Positions 23,551-35,500 of a DNA stretch of 64,000 nucleotides are shown piece by piece. The notes below the pieces were generated by a model. The model worked only from the letters and a program-made list of their open reading frames with translations. It had not been told where the DNA came from and searched no databases. Positions within the stretch are counted from its first letter, which is position 1, and the number at the start of each line of letters is the position of its first letter. This stretch comes from Phoronis australis (Eukaryota; Animalia; Phoronida), in assembly GCA_002633005.1 (NCBI GenBank), contig NMRA01000067.1, forward strand, positions 92,752 through 156,751. The letters run 5' to 3'. The translations under genes were made by a program, and so were the position numbers.

Positions 23551-26500
23551 CTGTAAATAATGCGTAGAAGGTTAGGACAAGACTAGTGAAAAAACGTCAA
23601 CATGATGGAAATACAAAGACGCCAACAACCCGTTTCAATAAAAAGGTCCACCTTTTCAGGTTAACGTCAAAACTTGCCACCAAAGCTCATGCACATTTCA
23701 CTAAAAAGTCTTCAGTTTAGTTTAATTACTGGCAAAATCCTTTTAACAATTTTGCAATTCGAAATTGGCAGATTTTATCAAGAAAGTACAACTTTTGATA
23801 CTGCACTTTTAAAGCAATTGCTATCAATCATTCTTAATTTTATCTGTGAACAGCAACAACTTGAAAGGTACGATTTTACGTAAATTGCAATTAAGTTTGT
23901 AAAATTTTAGTTGCAGTTGTGTGACTTTACCCATTCTGAGGTGGCCCTCCATTTCTATATTCCTTGGGATATTCCGCATTATAGTTATAGCCATCTGGAT
24001 AATCAGCAGGGGGTGAACCGTAACCATTCGGCGACTTAAAAAAACATAAAGTGAACATGTAACAGAATGACGAACAAACACAATTTATGTTTGATACACA
24101 ACAACCAATCAAGAACAACTCGACTTTGAACTATTCAACAAACAACACGTGTCACTTCTGAAATTTGTCAAATCAGATGTCCATTACATTCCACCGAACA
24201 CACAACATTAACAACCAAACTGAAGCCATTCTGAAACATCATCTACGAGTTACAATAAAAGCTATATCCTCTTTTTGATTTTATTTGCAAATATCTTTTG
24301 TCAATCGTACAATTTTCACTGGCTTCATGTTAATGGCCTCGACACTTTTCTGATGGTTCTGTATCATTGCGAAAATCAAGATAATGCGATGGGATGTTAA
24401 ACTATGATGTTACAGCAGAAATATGAGTGCTCTGAAGTAAAAACTTCGAAAGTCAGGGATGGGTGTTAAAGCCAAACTCGGGCAATGACACGTTGCGGAA
24501 GGATTCAGCGTGTTCACTTAAATAGATCAGATATTTGAAAATGCTAGAGGACTCACCCTGTGATCAGGATATTTGAGCTCATCATACTCAGCTGTGTAGT
24601 GATCCCTGTTATAGTCCGCTCTCCACGGTTCAAGCGGCCCTTCCCGACCGATGTACTCCATCTTAACTCCATTCTCTCGCTTCTTGTCAATGTCCGAGCT
24701 GGTGTCAGAGTCCCCTAAAAGGTAATAGGAAACATTCGGCATACAACTCTTTACTTTTATGAGAGCACAAAAACAAGATATAAATTGTTCCTATGAAATT
24801 GACAACAGCAAAAAATTCATTATTGAACCTCACAAGTAGGGCCTCCTTTATTAATATAAGGGGCTCCCAGTATCGAGAAATCACAGCAGGGGTCTTGGCA
24901 AAAGCTTGTCATGACAGGAACTAAACTAGAGAACTCAGGGTTAAATTTCTCATTTCTTAACCCCTGAACCATTGACCGTCCAATAAATGGACGAAGCCTG
25001 CACCCTTCAACAATAAATGGACCAAGCCTGCACCCTTCACCAATACTAAGTCCCGCCACACTTACCGGCACCTTCTTTCACCTTCCTCTTGTGGTAACAG
25101 AATATTCCTATGGCGATCACCACCATTAGCACCACGCCACCACAAACACCTCCAATCACATACGCCATCGGCACAGCATCTACATGGAGATATCAAATAA
25201 AAGTTTAGAGGAGAAACACAAATACAAGTGATTTTTGATCAAGATGGGTTGACTATACAGTAAAGTAGTGTTAGGTTGATTCACTTGCAACTAATCACAC
25301 GCCATGCTGATGCGAGATATAATGAACAAAAACAGATTGGTTTCAAATTACAATTGTTGTCCTTAAAGCAATTTGCTTTCATAATTTAATCCATAACACT
25401 AAACATCAATTTTTTAATTATTTCATTGCCACACCTTAGATGAATGTTTACCTGGAAATCTAAGCCAAGGGATAATGTAAAATTATCATAAAATTTTAAC
25501 AGCTAATCCTCTTTGTATCACTTATTCATAACAATGGGTATCTGTTGAAGAATGATGCAGAGACTTCTACAGACTTAAAATCAAATTACGAAAAACATGT
25601 GACATGCATTCTGCAGAGACAAACAAGAATCGCGCGAAAACACAAGGTCTTGTCTTTCCCTGCAGCCACCACTTCCCTCATCAACAAGTCAAACTCTCCA
25701 GTACTCACCGATCTGGACTAGCTCTAATAGTGCAGAGTCCATCCCGTATGTGTTGACCACCGTACAGTTATAGCGGCCGTAGTCGTTAGAGTGGACATCC
25801 TTAATGTTGACCATTGTCCTACGGCCACTAGCCGTGTCCTCCTCTGACACAGAGTACCGGTCAAACTTCGTGAAGTCGAGGGGTTTTCCGTCTCTGAACC
25901 ACACCATGCGGTCTGGGCGCGGCATAGAAAGGGCAGTACACACGATGATTGTGTCCTCACCCTGAAGGGCCCGCACCTGTAGGTCTCCGGAGATCTTAGG
26001 TGGTCCTACAAGGAACAGAGCAAGTAGTAGCTAACAAGGGATAGAGGGCACTGATGCACACAATCTGTCCATGGAATGAAAACAAGCCAATTATTGGTTA
26101 ATGCTCACAGAAAAGGCAGTTGAAGATCCAAGCTACGACTTCAAAAAATCAATAAATTAAGGCATGATCAGAACGAATCTCTGAAAATCACTTATTCTAG
26201 CTTAAGCTAAGGTAAAACATCAAAGAATTTCTAGAATTTTTGAACATTTTGTGTCAATGAGGCCAACAGAATATTTGCAGACATTTTTGATAATCAGTAA
26301 CCTTTATTACTTGAACTAGGTCACCATTGTGGACAGGAAATCAGAGAAAGTAAAATGTTGTGTATCGCTCTAAGTACGTATTTCCTTTACACGTCAATCA
26401 AGGTGGTTCACCTTTTAAGAATAAGTTGACTTCAGCTTTGATCTCTGAGAATCCCGACACAGCTGCGGTGCACTCATAAGTGCCAATGTCGTCTTCGGTC

Positions 26501-29500
26501 ACTTTTTCAAAGACCAGCTCCTCCTTGTCACCGAGGATCCTAGAGCTATCCTTCTTTGTCCAAATAATAAAGGGTTTGGGATTCCCACTCACGTCACATC
26601 TCAGCACTGCCCGGTCACCAATGTCAGTGGCGACATCTGCAGGCTTGCCAGCGATGAAGCTTGGACTGCCATCTTTTGACTCTTGGAATTTGGGGCCAAC
26701 TGCAGAGGGTGGGATAGAAAGAATGGAGCTTGTGAGTAACAACAAATTATACCTAGGATAACACAAATTCCTCACTCAGTACTGGTGATTTGGGTGGAGT
26801 TTCCAATGATATCTAGACAACACAAAACGTTATTTCCTATCCATTCACGCCTAGTTTGAACCCGCCTTTCAATGACAATAGCCAACTGAAAGTCGATGAG
26901 CTTCAGTGATATATTTCTACTGGTTACATCAAGGAAGTGAAAGATGAAACATCATACTTCAATAAGCTCGCTTTCGAATGCACATCAGAGGAAAAATCTA
27001 ACCATTTTGTTCTCCATTTACAAAAAGTCCAATAGTTAGACACTTACACTCCATGCGGACAGGGCTCGACTGTCTCGATGGCCCCACTTTGTTTGATGCC
27101 TCGCACGATATTGTGTTGCCATGGTATTCACGATCAATGTTGGTAATTTGATAGTAACTGTTCTCCTCACCAGGGATGATGTTGTCACCTCGATACCACC
27201 TGTTTGACAATGAAAAAACTACATGAATGCCTCACACAAATGTCTGTTTTTGTGATTATTCCAAAAAGGGTTTTCAAACATTTTTTCCAGCATCACGCAC
27301 GCACACAGGAAAGCTATCTACCATGTCATTGAAGTCATTGCTCAGGTGATAACTGCCCTGCACATCAAACTAGATCAGGATTGGAAGGAAGCCAGCAGTT
27401 GGTGAAGAAGTTTCTTGTACTAACTATTAACAAAGAACATGGTAACCCACATAGAATGGGCAGGATTTGTAATGGTCCAGGTAAAGGCAGTTTTGATTCG
27501 GCATTGGAGTTAAAACAACTACATGGTATAAAATAGAAAAGACTTTAATACATTATGGTCCCAAACCAATAAGTAATCCCGCTTCAGGGACAACAACCAA
27601 ATACAACCAAGAACTTAGGACACAGGGTAATTCAAATAAATCATTGATATTGATTCCACTTCAGCTTAAGTGAGCTGATTGTCTGTGTGAATCTTTCAAT
27701 GTTTTGATGGAATATTATCATTCAACAAAACCTAAATATGTGGTACACAAGCAAAGGTGGCATTGGGGGGCTTGGGTCTGGGAACGGATCCACAAAGGTG
27801 ACATGGGGGCTTGGGCTTGGGAGTGGATCTACAAAGGTGACATGGGAGGCTTGGAACAGTGAGCAGATCCACAAAGCAAAATTGGGTGAAGCTTCACAAG
27901 TTAAGAAAGCTGATGAAATTGGCTGTTTCTCAAAAAATTCGAAACACGCGCCCGACTTGATCTGGTTTCGTGTATGTAGTTTGCAAACTATAAAGGTAAT
28001 CTAGTTAGGTCACCTTTCAAATGAAAGTTGAAACCAGATTACTAACTTCAATAATTTTAGCAAGGCCACATCTACAAGTCATCATCATAGTTAACTCCAT
28101 GTAACATTTATTTAAGGCTCAATTCCCCCACAGCATGTGACTTTAATGACCAAACCATTCCGAGAACCATTTCCATTCCCTTGTCAACACGTGTCATGAC
28201 CATAACCTTCCTAGACATCAGACACATGTCCATTCTCAGAACCATGTTCAATTCCCCAGACAACACTTGATTCTCTATTATGAGTGTACCATTACCAAGC
28301 CCCAAATGTCACATGTTCTCTAAGTACTTACACACAACATTGGATTCTCTGCAACTATCATAACTTTCCTACAACCAAGGCATATGTCACATGTCTGCTC
28401 AGTACTTACTTCCAGGTGACAGCGGTAGGGTTAGCAACGCTGTCACACTTAAACTTGATGGTCCCGCCCTCCTTCAGTCCACTGATGGGATCGACAACCA
28501 TGCTGACCTCAGGTGCATCTGCAACAGTGACATGGAATACATACCAACGCGACGACATCCACATGGTGCGGACATGACAATATTTGGAAATCACGTGCGC
28601 GTATTTTGAGAACCAGTTTGATGCCCGTTATTCCGTGGAGAAAACTGGTTCTCAAAATTCGTGCACGTTATATCCGACCATTACCGACATGACTGACAGA
28701 CACCAACAATACTCCCATAAAACATCGACAAAAATTGTTTCCTCTAAAATGACCCACTGCCTCAAAAATATTTTACTGCAATATTAATGCCAAAAGAACA
28801 TTATTTAGTTTAAAATACATCACAAAAATTTTCAAAAAGTCCACTCTTAACGCTCACATTTTATTATGTTTGACTAAAAAGCCCACATACTGCTTTTAGA
28901 TTTTTCAATTTAAATGCCAGGGCATTAAAATACGGCAAGACGGGACACAGCGACTTCCCCCGCACACTAACTGCCACTTACACAACACATTCAACACGAA
29001 CGAATCCTCCATGGGGATCGTCAATGCCGCGTTCTTCACTTGACACTTGACCGTTTTACCCCCGTCCCTTTTACTGGACGTGTAGTTGAGGTACCCCTTT
29101 GCGTTGACCCGCTTATCAGCGAGCGTCTCTTCTTCCTTCCATGTGTTGCCCGCCATGGCTACGCCATCCAACAGGAAGGTGAAATCTGGGCTGGGCTTGC
29201 CATTGTTGGCCACACAAGACAGGTTGTATGGAGCGCCAGCCTCCATGTCCAACTTGCCATTCTCCAAGACTAGGGTTGGATGGTCTGGGGGCACTGGAAC
29301 AGCAGTGAAGAGTCAGTGGAGGAGAATGGAAGACACATCAAACCTATCACTGAACATACTTAAGCCGTGTTCAGCTGGCCAGTTGCCCCAAGGTCAATAT
29401 GATCTGGAGCAAATGACCATGTGAACAGACATTAAACAGGCACAATCGACACGGTGCGCCAACTTACCTCACCAATCTGAGGTAGTACAACTAGCGCACG

Positions 29501-32500
29501 ACCAACTTGTCCCAGAGTAAATGTGATCAAAAGCGTTATCAAGATGAAAGAAATTACGAACTAAGCACAAGCCTAACTTAGTTCGTCCCCCTGCTATTTG
29601 CAGAACGCCTTTCTTCATTCAACTTCAGCAGATTAGTCGACAAGATACTTAGCTGGTCAGAGCCAAGGGAACTCTCAGTGAGGCACTACCTGCCTGGACA
29701 TAATTTTTTAAGAAATTTATCAATGACTGCCAACATTGCCATGCAGGTAATGACTGAATGAGTCTTGACCAAATATGGGCATAAGATGACACAAGTAAAT
29801 TGCCTCTGAGCAACAACAGGTGAGTTGGCTTACCTAATACTGTCAATGTTGCTTTATCGCTCTGGACTGCCTCTTGATTGGCAGCAAACCCCAACTGACA
29901 ATCCCACAGACCGTCATCTTCTAAAGTCACATTCGATATGAATAAGTTGTAATCTGGAAAAGACGAAAGTTACATTTCTTTAAAACAGGCAAAAGTTAAG
30001 TGCAAGATGAAGCGACTATAAAACCAAACTACCAGACGCTCTTTTTGCACCACATACTGTGAAACTACCTCAAATCCAGAAAAATTAGGATTTTTCTCAT
30101 ACGGGGAAACTGGTCAACATCACTCACTTCATGGGATAACACTACCTCATTACTTAATTAGATATTATCTCCACATGTAACTACATGCAGTGTTTTCAGC
30201 AAAAAATGCATTATCTTCTAATATCTGGAGTCAAAAGCAAAGCCAAACGACCATTTCTAGTTCTGATAGCTTCCCGTCTCACTTTCTCTCATAAATTTTA
30301 TCTTTGATGAACTTATTTTTAGTGCACTCACAAAATGCCGTGCATTTCCACAACAAATTGTTCTTCAGTTCCTGGTGAGCATCACATACAGGAGAGCCAC
30401 CTGGTGACTCAGGTCAACATTAGACACTATAAAACATTATCATTTCTCAAACAGGAGACAACAACAGAATGACCACCAGAATACCAGACAATATAAAGAG
30501 ATACAAACTGCTAGCACAAATAAACATGACCTGTTGAAAAAAGTAAGAACTTACAAAGTCTATCTAAATATTATTGTACACGTCTGGCCAAGATGGAGTG
30601 GCGGTGGGGTATCTTGATACAGACAAAGTATAAAACCAAGGAGAAAGTTATGACCAGTGGCCCAGAGTGTTTGTGTTGTAACTGAACCCAGTGTAAGGAA
30701 GACAGCAGATCAAAGGAACCCTTGAGGAGCAGACGGCCTGAAGATGGTCTAACTTGAGAAGAAACTGTAAACACCAGAGGCTGTATAATTAACGGACCAT
30801 GTTTTAAAGGCAGAGAGTAGAGGCCAGAGCAAAAAAGCCAACAACAAAGGTGGTTGGTTTAGCAACTGGGGGTGAAACCTGCCACTGTTCGTCTGGTAAC
30901 TAGCTACCAAGAGTGAGACTAAGTGGTTATTTGTCACCACTGGGAAATCTTTTTGAAGCTGTTTATAGGCACTCACAGCATGAGTTTACTAACAAACCAG
31001 ACTTCATTCAACTTCATACAACTTGCTAGACAGGAGGATTAAAGATGGATATTATTAACGTGACAACTGGGCATTTTAAAAGGAGAGAAATTGGTTGGCC
31101 AGAAATGAGTATTGCATAACTTACTATACAATAATTGACACATGCCAAGTTTTTGGAAAATTCCTAAATAAGAGGTCTTAAGCCAGGCATAAGCTCCATG
31201 TCAGCCAGGCAAACGTCACCCAGAGACAGAGACACTGTGCCTTCACTAATGGAAACCAAGACAATATCAAAAAAACATGTTCTGTACTTTAATGTTGCTA
31301 ACGTCCTGAAAGTGACTAACCCAATTCCTGTGTATGATAACTAAATGACACCATTAAACAAGCAGTGAGAGACAAGACGCTCATAAAACTGATAGGTTTG
31401 TCTTATTTGAACCACCACTGGAATGGAAGTTCCCACCAGAACCACTTGTCTGGTAATAGATGGAGACACATTATCTTATCCACAGTAACCCAACTTGCAC
31501 AAGACTATCCACAACACAATCGGATCATTCCTTTATCTCACTTCAGACAGTGAAAAAGACAATTGCAGACCACTAAAAATAATTAATGGTCATCAAGTAA
31601 GTGACTCCCAAAGCCAGTAAGACTTTCACAAACAAAGGTACTTGAATGTAACACCAGGTGTCACTGCAGTCAGGGCACCCTGCAGAACCATAGGTGATGG
31701 CAACATGCCAGGAGAAGCCAAATACCCAGGAAAATGCGAAAACCATCCTCAGACGCAGCGGGACGGACTGGTGACTCACTGAAATGTTCATCTTTAGCCA
31801 GAAAAGTGGATTGTGGCCACGGATTTGACCAAAAATGAGTAGGCAATCAGTGCAGAGTCGTTAAGCTATAGCACCACATTTCTCCATTTTCCAGACATCG
31901 ATAAAGCAGACAACAAACAGACAAAACACGAGCCACTCCGGCAGTACTTCCCACTTAAAAACAATAAAAGCAAACAGCTGGTTTTGTTGAACACTAACAA
32001 TTTCCCTGACTTCTTCTGAATTGACACTGCAAGCCAAAACACCTCTCCCTCATTCTCTCTTGGTTAATGTTATCACAGCAGGGAATCTCGACACCTAATA
32101 TCAAAATGGCTAAGTTTCTAAGCTGCTTCAAGACACCAGTGGATTTATACCAAAGACAGTAGTCACAACTGGTCTCTGTAGTCAGCATGATGAGCCAAAT
32201 GCCACAAGGAATGTTAAAAACTTTGAGATGCATTGGAAAAGCCACAAAATGTTTCCTTCAGCCGTCAGTACAGTAAATACCCTAAGCTCTACAATTTATG
32301 GACAACAAGCGATTAAAAGAAGTACTGTTGAAAGATTCTGTTTCTTTCTTTCACGGTTCACATGTTTAACAAGTTCAACCAGTGCAAATAATGAATCAAC
32401 TTCATTTGCAGTACTGAATAAAAAGATTACGATGCGAAAACATGATGCGGAAAAAACTGAGGCTATTATGTTTAAATATTTTGCACAGGGAGAACGCTGC

Positions 32501-35500
32501 AAGCAAGTCTTGGAAAAAAATGAGTAGAAACCAATCTGCAGCAGGCATGCACACGCTGTGTTCGCTAAATGAAATGGCCGCAGAAATAGGTTAATTTGTC
32601 ACCAAAGGAGTTGGGAAAGACACAGGAGTAGGAAGTCGTTGGTGCTGCTTGCAATCTACAACCTGTCACTAGCAATTGGTCAACAGTATCAAATGTACAC
32701 ACTGTAATATTACTGTACCTCAATCAACTTAGACACAAGGTGAAAATTGTTTAATTTGCAGCGAAATACAAATTGAGAGTTAAGTCTTGTAACATTACAG
32801 TGCCTCCATCAACTTAGACACATGGTAAAATTTGTTTAATTTACCCCAAAGACCCTCAATCAGAAATTGAGAAAAACCAGGGTTTTTCTAATAGGTTTTA
32901 CCGATAATGGATAGACTATGTATGAAGGTTTCAGGTTTGTGAAAGTGGAACACAAATGCACGCATTAAACTCCCCATAATGATTATTCACAGATAATTAT
33001 GGAATTAAAAATGTCAATCAATAAACAAGTTTGATTAGATATCTCATGCCTACACAGTGATGGGCATGTTCAGAATAAAATATTGCCATGGTTACATAAT
33101 GCCAGTAGACAGTAGCAATGCTGAGGTTATTCCTCTCAACCCAATACAGCTAGAGATGGAGAGACTAATCTCATTAATAAACGTTACATAAACAAAATGT
33201 AACAACAGTTGATTAGTCTGGGATGTATCCAACAGATAATAATTAATGAGGAAGGCTTGATAATAAGATACCAATAGAACAGCCACATTGTGATAACTGG
33301 TTATTTGGCATATGTAGCAATACCTCATCAATATTGCGAAAATGTCAACTGACGTTTCTCCATTTTTCAAAGAGTTCAAAAATTATAGTGAACACTCGCA
33401 GTTTCTCAAAACAATGTCCGATGGTAGCTATGATTTCTGATACTTCTCGTTCCCGAAAAAAGGACAAACCTGAAATTTCACTTATCCTGCTGGCAAGTTG
33501 ATAAAATGTTAGTTATTTTGAGACTTCAAAAGACTGCACTGGAAATTTGCTAATTGGAAGACAGCATCTTGCATTTAAAAATACCCAGATTTTCCTAAGG
33601 GTGTTGCAATATATTGATGGATACTAACAAGCAATGAACTCAATTCCCACATCTCAAATTCTACCTTAAACTTTTGTGGAGGCAGAAAGACACACTGTAC
33701 GATTGATGCTAGCTAATTTTTGTAAAGTGGTGGTTTGACAAGCGGACACAACAACAGTATGATTTATTACGCCCTGTTCAGATTTTCAATATATTCATGC
33801 CTGCATTGTCATTCACTGTGCTACTTGAAAGCTTTTAAGCTAATTAAAATTGGCATCAAAATGACAAATGTCGAACTAATTTTAATGTAAAATAGTAGTT
33901 AACATGGCAACAGTGTGCAACTGTGTGGGCCCCCATGGATGTGCAGCATTGTGGGTAAACACTGCAGAACTAGAGAAAGCGCTGTGCGGCTGTGGTATTT
34001 TGGGAAGTGGACATCATAGTTGGCTCCAGTATTGGCCTACAAAGAGGTAACACGTGGCTGTAATTAAACGGTTAGTTAGTCATCTCAAGTAATTAATGTT
34101 TGATTATGGGACGATTAAACACCTACAAAATCAACTAACAACATACTTAAATTAAACACAAAATATCCAAACATTCTTCGTCAAGCTGTTATTTCCCAGT
34201 AGACCTAAAGATCATCTGAGCAATACAAATATACTTGGGAATTAAACAACCCTGAATAGAATTAGGATATGAAGTAACAAGAGAAGGATGAAACGAGCCG
34301 GCAAATTTGCAAAAGATGGACGTCAAACGAGAGTGCCAATGACTGGAGGACTAAAAAGAGCGGTAGTGTGAAATGACTGGTATGGGTGAAAGGAGAAGAA
34401 ACTTTTTGAGACACTAACAAAACTGGAAATACTAGACACACATCACTACTGAGCATGGGTTAAAGAAAATTAATTTTTACACTCCAAGTTAGTGATGGTA
34501 CTGGGTTACACACATGAGCCCTGATGTAGAAGAGTGTTGGTGGGAAATAGTGTAAAGTCTCTAATGCTGAAACTTAAGAACCAAATATGGAAGGTCGTAA
34601 AACTAGGCATTCTAAGATTTAACAAGTGATCACATGAAATGGGCACCCTTTGCTTATGCTAACAGTTTTTTTTTGGTAATTCTCCAAGCTTGAAATTGTG
34701 CAGATTCGATATCAGCTTGAAGAATGATTTGAAAATCGTACGTGACCTCGCAGCATCGTTCTTGAAAAGTTGTAAAGAAAGGAATGTTGAGCAACAGTTG
34801 TAGATGGGAAAGATAAAGGAACTCTGCAAAGAATGGACGTTTTGAGGTCGTTATCGGGTGAACGTAAGCTCACACAGTTTGTAGCTAGCCGATACGATCT
34901 TAATCTCACAGTAATGTTCAATTCTTATGAACGTTTGGCATACATGCCCTTTGCAGATGGATGCTAAATGTGACAAAAGCTGACTTTTGAATGATTGCAA
35001 GTTTCTCCCCAACAGCTGCAGAGCAGTTAGCCGATAGATCAAAAGCCAAGACTTAAGGTCACTTTGACTAATGTTCACCTTGATCACTAGTAATGCCACC
35101 TTCCCACACCACCAACACAAGACTGTCCTGCGTCCTGCGACTGGAGACTTGGGGCTTCACCCATAAAGCCGTTATCACACAAAACAAGTCAGAAAGTCAA
35201 TTTTAAAGTAATATCTAGCTAATTCAGGGCAAAAATAATTGTCAAAATTGCCCCTGTTCATTTTTCAGAGGCTTCTAACAGTTTTGTGAACGCCCAGAAT
35301 TTTTACGAAATCTCGTCTAGTGGTACAGGACATGAACATGGAAAAGCACTTTTTGGAAAAATGAGGAAATAAAAATATTTCTTGATTGCCACACTCTGTC
35401 CTACATTGGTGATGTTTGATTTAAAGTATTGTCTTAAAAATGTGATACAACTAAAGAGCCAGTAGAAAACCACAACTATGTGTGGGTGCTGGACTGATTT

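Noticed and set aside
26480-29424. Plus-strand ORFs opposite Kirrel exons (26480-26761, 29040-29273, 29086-29424)
   Set aside because: These are antisense shadows of GC-richer coding exons with no independent motifs.
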